The position numbers and the translations under genes were made by a program. The notes below the pieces were generated by a model. That model was not told where the DNA came from and searched no databases. It was given only the letters and a program-made list of their open reading frames with translations. Shown piece after piece: positions 8,698 to 22,314 of a stretch of 64,000 nucleotides of DNA (position 1 is its first letter; each line of letters begins with the position of its first letter). Origin of the DNA: a bacterium (lineage in GTDB: Bacteria > UBA8248); contig CBDBEV010000001.1 of NCBI GenBank assembly GCA_965204535.1, positions 416,001 through 480,000 on the forward strand, given 5' to 3'.

Positions 8698-10239
8698 TCA
8701 ATGTCTGAAGTGGCGTCTGCCCGTGAAGACCATGGCGATGTCGTGCTCGGCCGCCGCCTCGATGACCTCTTCGTCGCGCATCGAGCCGCCCGGCTGGGCT
8801 ATCGCCTTCACGCCGTGGGAAGCCGCGGCGTCGATTCCGTCGCGGAACGGGAAGAAGGCGTCCGACCCCAGGGCGCAGCCCGCGAGGGGCAAGACGGCGC
8901 GCTCCGCCGCCAGGCGGGTGGAGTCCACCCGGCTCATCTGGCCCGCGCCCACGCCCACTGTGCCGTCCTTATCGGCCATGACGATGGCGTTGCTCTTCAC
9001 GTGGCGCGCCACGCGCCAGGCGATCCGGAGCGCCTTTTCCTCATCCGCCGAGGGCGCGCGGGGGGTGACGACCTCCCAACGGAACTCCTCCTCCGACAAC
9101 CGGTCGCGCTCCTGTAAGAGGACGCCGCCGGGTATCGAGCGCATGTCCATGCCGGCAGGCGCGGAATCGCCCCCCAGGCCGTCAAGCCTCAGGATTCTCA
9201 GATTTTTCTTCTTCCGCATGACGGCGAGGGCCTCATCGTCGAAATCGGGGGCGACCACCGCCTCGACGAAGAGCTTTCGCATGGCCTCGGCCGTCTGCGC
9301 ATCGACCTTGCGGTTATAGCCGATGACGCTGCCGAAGGCCGAAAGCGGGTCGCACGCGAGCGCGCGCTCATAAGCGGCCGCCTGGGTATCCCCCAAGCCC
9401 ACGCCGCACGGATTGGTGTGCTTAATGATGGCGCAGCCCACGCCTTCCAGATCGTGCGCGAGTTCGGCGGCGGCGGCGGCGTCGAGCAGATTGTTGAAGG
9501 AGAGTTCCTTGCCGCCCAGAATCTCGGCATCGCAGAGAGAAAACCCGCTCGGGCCACCCAGGCGATAGAGGGCGCCCTTCTGGTGTGGGTTCTCCCCGTA
9601 GCGGAGCGTCTGAACGAGGTCGAGATTCATCTCGATCCGTTCGGGCAGTGCATCCGCATCGCCACCGCCCAGATAGCCGGATATGGCGGCGTCATAACTC
9701 GCGGTGTGGCGAAACGCCTTCAGGGCCAGGCCCGCCAGCCAATCGGGCGGGAAATCTCCGCCGTTTCGGACGTGGGCGATGGCGTCGGGGTAATCGTCCG
9801 GGTCGACGAGCACGGCCACGCGGCCATGGTTCTTGGAAGCCGCGCGCACCATGGTGGGGCCGCCGATGTCGATTTGCTCGACCGCCTCCTCCCGCGTGAC
9901 GCCGGGCTTGGCGACGGTCTCCCGGAAGGGATAGAGGTTCACCGCCACCAGGTCGATGGGCGCGATGTCGTTCGCCCGCATCTCCTCTTCCTGCTCGGGC
10001 AGGAGCGCGAGGATGCCGCCCAGCACTTTGGGATGAAGCGTCTTGACGCGTCCGCCCATGATTTCGGGCTGACCCGTATAATCAGAAACCTCCCGCACGG
10101 GGACGCCCGCATCGCGCAGCGACCCGGCCGTGCCGCCGGTGGAGAGCACCTCCCATCCTGCGTCGGCCAGGGCGGCGCCGAGTTCGACGGCGCCTCTCTT
10201 GTCGCTCACGCTGATGACGGCGCGGCGCTTCTCGCTCAT
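8698..10239 (-). CDS. purH: Bifunctional AICAR transformylase/IMP cyclohydrolase
   Basis: ISVSDK, GRVKTLHP, IDIGGPT, LRYGENPHQ, SDAFFPFRD, RHFRH. Confidence 0.98.
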   Translation of the reverse strand: MSEKRRAVISVSDKRGAVELGAALADAGWEVLSTGGTAGSLRDAGVPVREVSDYTGQPEIMGGRVKTLHPKVLGGILALLPEQEEEMRANDIAPIDLVAVNLYPFRETVAKPGVTREEAVEQIDIGGPTMVRAASKNHGRVAVLVDPDDYPDAIAHVRNGGDFPPDWLAGLALKAFRHTASYDAAISGYLGGGDADALPERIEMNLDLVQTLRYGENPHQKGALYRLGGPSGFSLCDAEILGGKELSFNNLLDAAAAAELAHDLEGVGCAIIKHTNPCGVGLGDTQAAAYERALACDPLSAFGSVIGYNRKVDAQTAEAMRKLFVEAVVAPDFDDEALAVMRKKKNLRILRLDGLGGDSAPAGMDMRSIPGGVLLQERDRLSEEEFRWEVVTPRAPSADEEKALRIAWRVARHVKSNAIVMADKDGTVGVGAGQMSRVDSTRLAAERAVLPLAGCALGSDAFFPFRDGIDAAASHGVKAIAQPGGSMRDEEVIEAAAEHDIAMVFTGRRHFRH

Positions 10240-10242
10240 GGG

Positions 10243-11487
10243 TTATGCTTCCTCCCGGCGCACTTCGTATCCTTCCTGGAGCAGGATCTGTATCAACTCT
10301 TCGAGGTGCTCGCGCCCGCGAACCTCCATGTGGAGAGTCGAGAGGGTATGGTTGATGGGCACTTCCGTCGAAAGCCTGTCGTGTTCGATGTGGATGATGT
10401 TCACCCGGCAATCGGCCACGATTTGCGAAAGACGCATCAGCGCGCCGGGCACGTCGTGCAGCGGCACCTGTATCCGCGCGTAGCGGTTCGCGAGGGCCAG
10501 CCCCTTGCCGATGATTCGCGAGAGAAGGTTGACGTCAAGATTCCCGCCGCTGATCAGAGCGACCACCTTGCCGTTCACCCTGGTTTTCCTCTCGATGAGC
10601 GCCGCCAGGGAGGAGGCCCCCGCCGCCTCGCTCAGCATCCGCTCGCGCTCCAGGAGACCCAGAATGGCGTTGGCCATCGCATCGTCCGAAACCGAGACCA
10701 CCTGATCCACCAGGTCCTGAATCAGGGGAAAGCAAAGCTCTCCGTTTCTCTTGACGGCGATGCCGTCCGCAATCGTCTGGACCGTTTTCGACTCGACGAT
10801 TCTCCCCGCGTCGAGCGAGCGCATGAGCGCCGCAGCGCCCTCCGCCACCACGCCGATGAGGCGCACGTTCGGTTTTCTGGTTTTCACCACCGCGGCGAGG
10901 CCCGAGATGAGGCCGCCGCCGCCGACGGGAACGAGGATGGTGCCCACATCGGGCACTTCTTCGAGTATCTCGATGCCCAGCGTGCCCTGGCCCGCGATGA
11001 CGTCAGGGTGATCGAAAGGCGGGAGCATCGTGAGGCCGCGATCTTCCTCGTAGGCGCGCGCACGCGCATAGGCGTCATCGAACGATGCGCCGAACAGTTC
11101 CGTCTCTGCGCCCAGGGCGCGCACGGCGTCGAGCTTGGTGTTCGGCGTGGCTTCGGGCATCACGACCAGGGCCCGGACACCCAACTGCCTGGCCGCGAAG
11201 GCCACGCCTTGGGCGTGGTTCCCTGCGCTCGCGGTCACGACGCCCCACTGGAGCTGCGCGGGTTCCAGCTTTTGCAATGCGTAGAGAGCGCCGCGCACCT
11301 TGAACGAGCCCGTGCGCTGGAAATTCTCCGGCTTGAGATATATCTCGACACCCAACTGCTCGGAGAAATGCTCGCTGAGACGCGCGGGGGTCGGCCTCAG
11401 ATGAGGGGATATCGCCTCCGCCGCCCGAGCCGCCTCGGCGGCGATGAGCGATGGCTCCAGTGCTTTTTGTGATACCTGGGATTCCAT
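10243..11487 (-). CDS. ilvA: Threonine ammonia-lyase with a single ACT domain
   Basis: ENFQRTGSFKVRGA (PLP lysine), SAGNHAQG, VGGGGL, SGGN. Confidence 0.92.
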   Translation of the reverse strand: MESQVSQKALEPSLIAAEAARAAEAISPHLRPTPARLSEHFSEQLGVEIYLKPENFQRTGSFKVRGALYALQKLEPAQLQWGVVTASAGNHAQGVAFAARQLGVRALVVMPEATPNTKLDAVRALGAETELFGASFDDAYARARAYEEDRGLTMLPPFDHPDVIAGQGTLGIEILEEVPDVGTILVPVGGGGLISGLAAVVKTRKPNVRLIGVVAEGAAALMRSLDAGRIVESKTVQTIADGIAVKRNGELCFPLIQDLVDQVVSVSDDAMANAILGLLERERMLSEAAGASSLAALIERKTRVNGKVVALISGGNLDVNLLSRIIGKGLALANRYARIQVPLHDVPGALMRLSQIVADCRVNIIHIEHDRLSTEVPINHTLSTLHMEVRGREHLEELIQILLQEGYEVRREEA

Positions 11488-11641
11488 GCGTCCTTATTTT
11501 CCTTTGTCGTTCGAGAAGAAAAGCGCGCCCCTTACCACCCCGACCCGCGTCCGTATCCGAACGGCCAACCCCTATCCGTGCATCGGGAATCGCGAGGCGG
11601 GCGTTTTCACGTTCAGCGGAGCGCTCACCTGGACATCTCGA

Positions 11642-12006
<365 letters not shown>

Positions 12007-12080
12007 TAGATACTTCATACGCCAGCGCCATCGCCTGCACAACCGGCGGTCGGCAAGCGGCGTGGCGCGCATGCGTCTCC

Positions 12081-12494
12081 TCAACCCATCCCGCCGTCGA
12101 TGGCGCGATTGGCGGCGGCGTCGGCCGCCGTGTTTTCGCCGCGGCGTACATGGCGCACCTCGATGGAGCCGAATTTCCCCGCCGCCGCCTTCGCCCGCTC
12201 ATACAAGGGCTTGAGCGCCTTGTTCCTGACCCGGTACTCACCGCTCCACTGGCGAACCATGAGTTCGGAGTCGGTAACGACTTCCACGCTACGGGCGCCG
12301 AGTTGCACTGCGCGCTCAAGGCCCAGCAAGAACGCCTGGTATTCCGCCACGTTATTCGTCGCCGTGCCGAGATACTTCGTCTCCTCCGCCACGCAATTGC
12401 CCGCATCGTCGTACAACAGAGCGGCGGCGCCCGCAGGACCCGGATTCCCCCTTGCCGCGCCGTCGGTGTGAATCCGCAGGTGGCCCGCTCTCAT
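12081..12494 (-). CDS. rnhA: Ribonuclease HI family protein
   Basis: TDGAARGNPGPAG, TNNVAEY, DSELMVRQ, HVRRGENTAADAAAN. Confidence 0.9.
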   Translation of the reverse strand: MRAGHLRIHTDGAARGNPGPAGAAALLYDDAGNCVAEETKYLGTATNNVAEYQAFLLGLERAVQLGARSVEVVTDSELMVRQWSGEYRVRNKALKPLYERAKAAAGKFGSIEVRHVRRGENTAADAAANRAIDGGMG

Positions 12495-13240
12495 TCAGGG
12501 TCCACCGCCGGCAGACTCAACTCCGCGGTCTCGCCCTCCTGGTAGAAGAGGATGCGCTTGCAGTTCGAACACGTGTAAATCCTGTCTTCCGAATCCCTGA
12601 TCTCCAGAAAGCGCTTGATGGTCTCCGCCGTGCGGCAACCCTGGCAGGTGCGATTGACGATGGCGCAAACGGCGAGCCCTTTCCGGGATTTTCTCAAGCC
12701 TTTATAGCGCTTCATCCACTCCTCGCTCACGCCGCCTGCGAGGGTTTTCGACTTATCGAGGAGTTCGCCCAGTTCACGATCGAAATCCGCCCGATGGTTC
12801 TCGTACTTCTTCACTTCGCCCTGCACCTTGCCCCGGGCCGCCTCTAATTCGCCGCGCGCGCCTGCGAGCTTCTCCTCGTGCGCCGGCATACTATCCATGA
12901 TCTCGAGAACGACATCCTCTAAAGCGCTGATCCGGTTCTGATACCCTTCAATCTCAGCACCCAGGGCGCGGTATTCCTCGTTCGTCTTGACGAGCGTCTG
13001 CTTGCCGCGGGTGTCCCTGAGTTTCTGATCGAAGGACTGGATTTCGCCCTCCGCTTCACGCAGTTTCTTCCTGGCGGCTTCCACTTCCCCCTCGAGTTCC
13101 TCGACAGAAGACTCGAAGCTCGCCAGATACTGCTTTTCCTTTTCGATGGAGGCGGGAATTTTCGAAATCGCACCGCGGCATTGATCCATCTTGACGTCAA
13201 TCGCCTGAAGCTCCATCAAGGCCGCCAATTCCGGGTGCAC
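12491..13240 (-). CDS. Coiled-coil plus C4 zinc-ribbon protein (DUF164 family)
   Basis: LxxLQxxD start, long coiled coil, CQGC...CSNCKRIL. Confidence 0.85.
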   Translation of the reverse strand: MHPELAALMELQAIDVKMDQCRGAISKIPASIEKEKQYLASFESSVEELEGEVEAARKKLREAEGEIQSFDQKLRDTRGKQTLVKTNEEYRALGAEIEGYQNRISALEDVVLEIMDSMPAHEEKLAGARGELEAARGKVQGEVKKYENHRADFDRELGELLDKSKTLAGGVSEEWMKRYKGLRKSRKGLAVCAIVNRTCQGCRTAETIKRFLEIRDSEDRIYTCSNCKRILFYQEGETAELSLPAVDPE

Positions 13241-13285
13241 TAGGTCAAACTCCTCGCATCATTCGGTTATCGACCAGAAATCGTG

Positions 13286-13360
13286 TGGTGGGCCCACCTG
13301 GATTCGAACCAAGGACCAGCCGGTTATGAGCCGGCGGCTCTACCGCTGAGCTATGGGCCC
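13286..13360 (-). tRNA. tRNA with CAT anticodon, most likely tRNA-Ile2 (lysidine-modified)
   Basis: GGGCCCATAGCTCAG...CTCATAA...GGTTCGAATCC...ACCA cloverleaf; lies downstream of rpoD like E. coli ileX. Confidence 0.88.
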
Positions 13361-13486
13361 GATAGCAACGCGACCGTCAAGAGTGCGCATCGGAAAACCG
13401 GTGCGTCCTCCGCCTCGGGCGCCACCCGTTCGCTGTGCATATATGGCCCCGCGCGCGTTCAATGTCAATCGCGCGGGGTTTGCGCC

Positions 13487-15331
<1,845 letters not shown>

Positions 15332-15347
15332 AATCCTCGAAAACGCT

Positions 15348-17234
15348 TCAACGCGGAGAGGCCGCTCGCTGCCGCTCGCGCAAAAGCGCGTTTTTCCGTT
15401 CCATGAGTTTCCACATCTCGGGGGAATCCTCCCCCTCCTGCTTTCGTGTCTGCTCGATGCGCTTCATCAAATCCGCTTCCATCTTTCGGCGGTGCCGCTC
15501 CTTGAGCCTCTCGATGCAATCGAAAAGCTCCGCCTCCACATCTTCGGGTTCCACCTCCACGACGGCCAACTCCACCACCAGGGCGCGCGCGGCGGGGCTC
15601 TTCAGCCTGTCCGCGATGGAAGCCGCCGTGAGCGAGGCCGCATCCTCGGATTTCATGAGGGAGAGGACCTCGCCCACCGCCGGGTCGGTCATGAGTCCAT
15701 CGGGCACCTCGGACGCCAACTCCGGCCTCATGAGCAAGAGTTGCAAGGCGTCCGTCTCGAATTTTGGACGATCAAGGTTCTCGCCCAGCAGATCGACCTG
15801 GTTTTCCTCTTTGCGGGGCGAACTCTCCCGGGCGTTTTCGGCCTGCAACCTCCTCACCATGGCCGTCAGCGTGGGATAGGGAATCCCGAGTTGATCCTCC
15901 ACCAAAGCCAAATATTGGTCCTGAACGCTGCGGTGGCAAGCCCCGAGTATGGGCAAGAGCCTCTGGACGCCCTCGATTTTCTCGGCCTGGCTCGCACCCG
16001 CGGCGATTCCGGCCATCGCGGTCTGGACGGTGTTCTCCAGGATGCCCTCGGCAGAGGAAAGCAGCCGGGCGAAGTCCTCCGCGCCGTTTTCTCCCAGAAA
16101 CGTGTCGACGTCGCGCCCCTCGGGCAGGTTCACCACCTTGAGGCGCACGGCGCCCGCCCCGTCGCGATCGATGAAATTCTTGCGCAGCACGTCGCTGGCC
16201 ACGAGCAGATCGGGCGCGCCCGCGAGGCCGAGCATCCGCCCCGCCACCGAACCCGCGCGCTCCGAAGCCGCGAGACCCGCGGCATCGGGATCAAAGACGA
16301 ACACGAGTTCCTCGGCGTGCGCTCGGAGACTCCTGATGTGCTCTGCGGTCAGCGCCGTGCCGAGGGGCGCCACGGCCTCCCGGAACCCATGCCGCCAGAG
16401 CGATATGACGTCGAAATACCCCTCCGTCACCAGGACGCGCTTTTTCTCGCGAATCGACTCCCTGCCCTCGTAAAAGCCATACAGCGTCCGGCCCTTCTTG
16501 AAGAGCGCCGTATCCGGCGAATTCACGTACTTCGCGGTGGCGTGGCGCGGGTCGCTGTCGGGCAGCGAACGCCCGCCGAAGCCCACTATCTCGCCCTCGT
16601 GGTTGCGGATGGGGAACATGATGCGGTCCCGGAAGCGGTCGTAATGCCCGCTCCCGTCCTCGCGCCGCACGGCGAGGCCCGCCTCCGCGAGGTCGTCGGG
16701 CGACACCCCCCTTTTTCCCGCGGCCTTGATGAGCGCGTCCCAGCGCGGCGGCGCGAAACCGACATGAAACCTATCGAGGGCGTCTTCCGCAACGCCGCGC
16801 TCCTCGAGATACTTGCGGCCCCGCTCGCCCAGGTTGCTCTTGAGCGCCGCCTTGAAGAAATCCGCCGCCAGACGATTCGCGGCCAGTATCTTCCCGCGCG
16901 CGTCGGGCTTCCGGGGGCCTCGCTCCCGGGAATCCTCATAGCGGGACAGGTCGATTCCCTGGCGTTTCGCCAGACGTTCGAGCGCCTCGGGGAAAGTCAT
17001 GCCCTCATGCTGCATCAGGAACTGAAAGACGTTGCCGCCCGCACCGCACCCGAAGCACTTGTAGATGCCCATGCGCGGGTTCACGTTGAACGAAGGCGTC
17101 TTCTCGTCATGGAACGGACAGAGACCCTTGTAGTTCGTGCCCGCTTTCTTGAGGTTCACGAACTCGCCGACGACGTCCTCTATCGGGGCGCCGTCCCGTA
17201 TCTGATCGACCACCTCTTCAGGTACTCGTCCCAT
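15348..17234 (-). CDS. dnaG: DNA primase
   Basis: [11 protein letters not shown] zinc finger, KYVNSP, EGYFDV, TOPRIM DxD. Confidence 0.98.
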   Translation of the reverse strand: MGRVPEEVVDQIRDGAPIEDVVGEFVNLKKAGTNYKGLCPFHDEKTPSFNVNPRMGIYKCFGCGAGGNVFQFLMQHEGMTFPEALERLAKRQGIDLSRYEDSRERGPRKPDARGKILAANRLAADFFKAALKSNLGERGRKYLEERGVAEDALDRFHVGFAPPRWDALIKAAGKRGVSPDDLAEAGLAVRREDGSGHYDRFRDRIMFPIRNHEGEIVGFGGRSLPDSDPRHATAKYVNSPDTALFKKGRTLYGFYEGRESIREKKRVLVTEGYFDVISLWRHGFREAVAPLGTALTAEHIRSLRAHAEELVFVFDPDAAGLAASERAGSVAGRMLGLAGAPDLLVASDVLRKNFIDRDGAGAVRLKVVNLPEGRDVDTFLGENGAEDFARLLSSAEGILENTVQTAMAGIAAGASQAEKIEGVQRLLPILGACHRSVQDQYLALVEDQLGIPYPTLTAMVRRLQAENARESSPRKEENQVDLLGENLDRPKFETDALQLLLMRPELASEVPDGLMTDPAVGEVLSLMKSEDAASLTAASIADRLKSPAARALVVELAVVEVEPEDVEAELFDCIERLKERHRRKMEADLMKRIEQTRKQEGEDSPEMWKLMERKNALLRERQRAASPR

Positions 17235-17264
17235 TCCTGCATCCTCATTCCGAAACGCGGCGCA

Positions 17265-19619
17265 TCAACGCAGGGCCAGCTCCACGTTTGTGACGCCCCA
17301 GCCGCCCTCTTCGGGCCGGGCGGGGCCGAACTTCGACACCAGGGTGTGACTTTCAAGCCGCTCCGCAATGACCTTGGAGAGCACCCCCTCCCCCTTGCCG
17401 TGAACGATGCGAACCGACGCGATTCCCACCAGCGCGGCGTCGTCGAGATATTTATCCACCATCTCGAGGGCGCGCTCGGCGCGCACGCCGCGAAGTTGAA
17501 GCTCGGGCGAGAAATCATCCCCCCGCGAATCGCCGTCGTGCGTAACCCTGCTCCTGCGGGCGGGCGCGCCCGGCGCATCGTCCAGAACTTCCACCACATT
17601 GGAAGACAGGCGCAGGGCTTTGCCGTTCACCGACACGGTCAACTCGTCCTCTCCGTGCAATGCGGCCACCACGCCCGTGCAGTTCATGAGCGGGATGCGC
17701 ACCCTGTCTCCCACGCGGCATGAAATCGACGTACGTTTCGCCGCCTCCTCTTCCCTCTCTGGAAGCGCTTCCTCGATCCTGGCGCTCATCTCGCGGATGC
17801 GCTCGCGCGCGATTCCCTTGGCTTCCTCCATTTCGAGCGCCCCGCGCATCTCGTTCAGAAGATCATCGGCCTCGCGCCTCAAGTCCTTGAGGAACCGGGC
17901 CGCGTCATCGCCTCTTTGGCGGGCCTCCTCGCCCAACTGGCGCTCGACTTCCCTCTCTTGCTCTTCGACTTGCGCCCGCCGGGCCGAGAGGTCGGCCTCT
18001 TTTTCTTCGATCTCGCGCTGCTGCTCGGAGAGGTTCGCCATGAGGCGATCCACCTGGACGGGGCCTTTCATGAGCAGCGCATCCGCGCGCGCCAGCACGG
18101 ACTCGGGCAAGCCCATCTTCTGCGCCACCGACATGGCGTTGCTCGGCCCCGCAGCACCCATGCGGATCCGGTAGGTGGGCGAGAGGTCATCGGCGTCGAA
18201 CTCCACCGAGGCGTTCTCGGCGTGCGCGGCCCCATAGGCGTAATGCTTCAGCGCATCGTGGTGCGTCGTCACGATGCAGAGCGCGCCGCTTTCGGCCAGA
18301 TGCTCGAGCACGGAGACGCCGATGGCCGAACCCTCCGCCGGGTCGGTGCCCGAACCCAACTCGTCGAGGAGCACGAGCACGCCCTCATCCGCCTTGCGCA
18401 CAGCACCCGATACGCGCGCCATGTGGCCCGAGAAGGTGCTCAGGTTCTGCTGAATGTCCTGCTCATCCCCAATGTCGGCGACGAGCGTCTTGACGACGGG
18501 CAGCGCGCTCTCGGGCGCAGCCGGTATGGGTACGCCGCACTGGTGAAGCGCGGCGCAAAGGCCCACCGTCTTCAAGGCCACCGTCTTGCCGCCCGTGTTG
18601 GGACCGGTGATGAGGAGCTGACGCACCCCGTCTCTCCCGACTTCGAGGTCGATGGGCACCACCCGCTCCTTCGGCACGGCGCCGACGCCCGCCGTGAGCA
18701 GGGGATGCCGCGCGGCTCTTAGCCGGATGCTTCCGTCCGCGCTCGCCAGAGCGCGCGCGCCGCGCCAATCGACCCCCAGGCGCGCCTTCGCCCAGATGAG
18801 GTCGAGCGCCGCCAGGCACTCCACCAGATAAACGATTGCCTCGCGCGCCGCCATGACCTCCGCGGTCAGTTCGCGCAGGATTCTCTCCACCTCCGCGCGC
18901 TCGGCCTCGCGCTCCTCGGCGATCGCGTTGTTGACGGGCACCGCCGAGAGCGGCTCGACGAACAGGGTTTCTCCGCTTGCCGAGCGGTCCTGAATCACGC
19001 CCTCGAACGAGCGCTTAAAGGTCGTCCTGGCGGGAATCAGATACCGCTCGCGCCGCTGGACGATCAGATTCTCCTGTATCGCATTCGGGTGCGCGGCCAT
19101 TATCCTGTCAAGGAGACGCCGTATCTCGGTCCTGAGCGCACGCTGTTTCGTTCTCGATTCCTGGAGTTCCGGGCTCGCGTCGTCGCGCACCTCGCCGCGC
19201 TCATCGAGAATGCGCCGGATACGCGCGGCCAGGGGATATTGCATGTCCGCACTGTGAATACGCATCCGGAGCCTCGGCAGCCTCTCGGCGCGCTCCTCCA
19301 CGAAGCGGCGCACGTCGGAGGCGAGGTTCAGCAACGAGAGTATCGAGAGGAATTTCTCGCCCTCGAGGTTCCCTCCCCGGCGTCTGATGTCCTCGAGCCA
19401 CTCTTCGGGATCATCGAACGCGGCCAGCGGCATGTGCTCCCCGGCGCCCAGGAGCGCCAGGGCCTCATCGGTCTCATCGAGCAGGGTATCGACCTCGAAA
19501 GACGAGGTGAGCGGAACGAGCGCCTTGGCCGCAGCTTCGCCGGACGCCGAGGCGCAGCGAGCCTCCAGCAACCTCAGAATACTTGCGAATTCAATGCCTT
19601 GCAGTGTGCGCTCATCCAT
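17265..19619 (-). CDS. mutS2: Endonuclease MutS2
   Basis: TGPNTGGKT, DIGDEQ..STFSGHM, LDELGSGTDP, C-terminal Smr domain (HGKGEG). Confidence 0.96.
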   Translation of the reverse strand: MDERTLQGIEFASILRLLEARCASASGEAAAKALVPLTSSFEVDTLLDETDEALALLGAGEHMPLAAFDDPEEWLEDIRRRGGNLEGEKFLSILSLLNLASDVRRFVEERAERLPRLRMRIHSADMQYPLAARIRRILDERGEVRDDASPELQESRTKQRALRTEIRRLLDRIMAAHPNAIQENLIVQRRERYLIPARTTFKRSFEGVIQDRSASGETLFVEPLSAVPVNNAIAEEREAERAEVERILRELTAEVMAAREAIVYLVECLAALDLIWAKARLGVDWRGARALASADGSIRLRAARHPLLTAGVGAVPKERVVPIDLEVGRDGVRQLLITGPNTGGKTVALKTVGLCAALHQCGVPIPAAPESALPVVKTLVADIGDEQDIQQNLSTFSGHMARVSGAVRKADEGVLVLLDELGSGTDPAEGSAIGVSVLEHLAESGALCIVTTHHDALKHYAYGAAHAENASVEFDADDLSPTYRIRMGAAGPSNAMSVAQKMGLPESVLARADALLMKGPVQVDRLMANLSEQQREIEEKEADLSARRAQVEEQEREVERQLGEEARQRGDDAARFLKDLRREADDLLNEMRGALEMEEAKGIARERIREMSARIEEALPEREEEAAKRTSISCRVGDRVRIPLMNCTGVVAALHGEDELTVSVNGKALRLSSNVVEVLDDAPGAPARRSRVTHDGDSRGDDFSPELQLRGVRAERALEMVDKYLDDAALVGIASVRIVHGKGEGVLSKVIAERLESHTLVSKFGPARPEEGGWGVTNVELALR

Positions 19620-19943
19620 CGAACATCATCCACCGATAAGTGATTCACCCATTCATCATGCGCTTCGTCCCGGCATGGGGACATAATGATGTGTGCTGAA
19701 ATTCTCGAGCGAAGATCAGGCGGTTCAACTCCGGCAAACCTTCCTGGAATCAGTCAGGAATGCCGGTGGGGCGAATTATTGCTCAGAATCCTTTTGTCGG
19801 TCGTTCTTCATGACGGGCCGAAGAACGGAATGTATATGGAAAATATAAGGGGGACGACCCTCGTCATCCCGCATCTTTTTGAAATTCAACAGGTTATAAA
19901 CATCAAAAGCACAGACTGCGCAATAATCCCATTATCGGGAGAC

Positions 19944-19972
19944 AATATAGGAGCCGAGGCCGGATCTGTCAA
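19944..19972 (-). promoter_or_regulatory. Sigma70 promoter upstream of mutS2-dnaG-rpoD
   Basis: TTGACA-N17-TATATT on the minus strand. Confidence 0.7.
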
Positions 19973-20037
19973 GAAAAATGAAAATAATGAAACCTACCGC
20001 CGTGGACGCCGGAGACCCGGACTTGGCGGAATACGCC

Positions 20038-20712
20038 CTACCTCTCGGATTCGGGCCTGCCGCCGCGTCCGAACCGGCGCGCGAGTTCCGCAAAAACCCG
20101 CCCCGGCGATACGCCGCGCGCGGCCATCCCCACCAGGGTGTGGAACCACAAGTCGGCCACCTCGTTCGTTACCGCCTCCGCGTCTTCTTCCCTCATCGCC
20201 ATGACGACCTCGGCGGCCTCCTCGTCTATTTTCTCCAGCACCCGCTCCTCGCCCCTGGCGTACAGGCGCGCCACGTAACTCGAATCCGTATCGCCCGCCT
20301 CTTTCCTCGTGAGAATCAGGCGATACACGGATTCGAGCAGGTTCTGATCGAAATCGAACTCCTCTTCTCCATCCTCCCGCCCGGGCGCAGGGACTTCGTT
20401 GAAAAAACACGACATCCGGTTCGTGTGACAGGCCGGCCCGTCGGGCCTCACGATGAACACCAGCGCATCCGCGTCGCAATCGAGCCGCGCAGAGACCAGA
20501 TGCAGATAGTTGCCCGATGTCGCGCCCTTGTGCCAAAGCTCACTGCGGGAACGGGACCAGAAGTGGACGGTTCCTTTCTCCAGCGTCAGGCGAAGCGATT
20601 CCTCGTTCACCCATGCGAGGGTCAGGACCTGCCCCGTCGCCGCATCCTGGCAGATGGCGGGGGCCAGACCCTGCTCGTTCCACTTGACCTCGGGGATTTC
20701 CATCTCGTTCAC
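20038..20712 (-). CDS. hisIE: Bifunctional PR-AMP cyclohydrolase/PR-ATP pyrophosphatase
   Basis: [43 protein letters not shown]. Confidence 0.96.
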   Translation of the reverse strand: MNEMEIPEVKWNEQGLAPAICQDAATGQVLTLAWVNEESLRLTLEKGTVHFWSRSRSELWHKGATSGNYLHLVSARLDCDADALVFIVRPDGPACHTNRMSCFFNEVPAPGREDGEEEFDFDQNLLESVYRLILTRKEAGDTDSSYVARLYARGEERVLEKIDEEAAEVVMAMREEDAEAVTNEVADLWFHTLVGMAARGVSPGRVFAELARRFGRGGRPESER

Positions 20713-21479
20713 AGCCTCACCTCCACACCGCGCTCGCGCAGATAGATTTTCACCTCCTCGACCGAGTAATCTCCGAAATGGAAGATCGAGGCGGCCAGAA
20801 CGGCGTCGGCGTAACCTTCTTCCAGACCCTCGTAGAGATGCGCCAGATTCCCCACGCCGCCCGAAGCGATGACGGGCACGCCCACCCGCTCGGCAATCGT
20901 GCGCGTGAGGGCCAGATCATACCCGTCCTTGGTTCCGTCCCTGTCCATGCTGGTGAGGAGAATCTCGCCCGCGCCCAGCGCGCACGCCTCCTCCGCCCAG
21001 GCCACGGCGTCCTGGCCGGTGGGGCGCGAACCCCCGTGCGTGAACGCCTCCCACCGGGGCGCATCCGCATCCTCCGCAACGCGCTTGGCGTCGATGGCGC
21101 ACACGATGGTGGAGCTTCCGTAGCGCTCCGCCGAGCGCTTGAGGACGCCCGGGTCCCTGAGCGCCGCGCTGTTGATGCTCACCTTGTCCGCGCCCGCCCT
21201 CAGCAAATCGCGCACGTCCTGCTCCTCGCGCACGCCGCCGCCCACCGTGAGGGGGACGAACACGCGCTCCGCCGTGCGGCGCACCATGTCCAGCAGGGTG
21301 CCGCGCTTTTCCTTCGAAGCCGTGATGTCGAGAAAACAGATTTCATCCGCCCCCATCTCGTCATAATGCGCGGCGCACTCTACGGGGTCGCCCGCGTCGC
21401 GCAGGCCCTCGAAATTCACGCCCTTCACCACGCGGCCTTCCTTCACGTCGAGACAGGGAATGATTCGCTTGGCTAGCAA
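20709..21479 (-). CDS. hisF: IGP synthase cyclase subunit
   Basis: [33 protein letters not shown]. Confidence 0.98.
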   Translation of the reverse strand: MLAKRIIPCLDVKEGRVVKGVNFEGLRDAGDPVECAAHYDEMGADEICFLDITASKEKRGTLLDMVRRTAERVFVPLTVGGGVREEQDVRDLLRAGADKVSINSAALRDPGVLKRSAERYGSSTIVCAIDAKRVAEDADAPRWEAFTHGGSRPTGQDAVAWAEEACALGAGEILLTSMDRDGTKDGYDLALTRTIAERVGVPVIASGGVGNLAHLYEGLEEGYADAVLAASIFHFGDYSVEEVKIYLRERGVEVRL

Positions 21480-22228
21480 GAGAGCATCTCCATTGCCTTT
21501 GGAAAATCCATGGTCCCCTCATAGAGGGCGCGCCCCACGACGGCGCCGATGACGCCCTTCTCTTCCAGAGGCATGAGTTTTTCCACGTCTTCCAGCCTGC
21601 TCACGCCCCCCGCGGCGATGACTGGCAGTCCGCAAGCCTGGGCCAAGGCGGCGATGGGGACGGGGTCGAAGCCCTCCAGCGTCCCGTCGCGCCTGATGTC
21701 GGTGAAGATAATTCCCGCCAGGGGAAGATGCGCGAAGCGGTTCGCCAGCGACTCGGGCGATACCGAGTCCCCCTCCTCCCAGCCCGATATCCTGACTTCC
21801 CCGTCCCTGGCGTCGATGCCCAAAAGGATTTTTCCGGGATTCGCGCGGGCGGCGGATTCGAGGAATTCGGGGTTTCTGAGCGCGCTCGTGCCCAGGATGA
21901 CGAAACTCGCCCCCGCCTCCAGGACGGCCGCGAGAGATTCTTCGGAGCGCACGCCGCCGCCAAATTCCACGGGGACGTCCACGGCCCCGGCCACTTGTTC
22001 CAGGACGTCGACGTGGGCGGGCGCGCCGTTAAAGGCGCCGTCGAGATCGATGAGGTGCAGGCGCTGCGCACCCTGCTCCACCCAGCGCAGAGCCCACACC
22101 ACCGGGTCGTCGCCGTAAACAATCTCGCGCCCTTTCTGGCCCTGGATGAGCCTGACGCATTTGCCGCCCTTGAGATCGACCGCCGGAATGAGAAGCAAAA
22201 CGCCACCCCTACGATGAGATGCCCACAA
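21473..22228 (-). CDS. hisA: ProFAR isomerase
   Basis: [39 protein letters not shown]. Confidence 0.97.
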   Translation of the reverse strand: MWASHRRGGVLLLIPAVDLKGGKCVRLIQGQKGREIVYGDDPVVWALRWVEQGAQRLHLIDLDGAFNGAPAHVDVLEQVAGAVDVPVEFGGGVRSEESLAAVLEAGASFVILGTSALRNPEFLESAARANPGKILLGIDARDGEVRISGWEEGDSVSPESLANRFAHLPLAGIIFTDIRRDGTLEGFDPVPIAALAQACGLPVIAAGGVSRLEDVEKLMPLEEKGVIGAVVGRALYEGTMDFPKAMEMLSC

Positions 22229-22314
22229 CTGTTGCGCCTCTCATTAAACCCAAACGGGTTTTATTGCAAACGCTTACGGGAAATTATCTCAATAAAAAGC
22301 ACCGCGAGAGGTCA

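Noticed and set aside
13286-13360. tRNA-Met or initiator tRNA call
   Set aside because: It has a paired first base and lacks the three G-C anticodon-stem pairs of the initiator; sequence and position after rpoD fit Ile2 better.
19686-20204. 172-aa plus-strand ORF
   Set aside because: No motifs; it overlaps hisIE antisense and the promoter/structured region.
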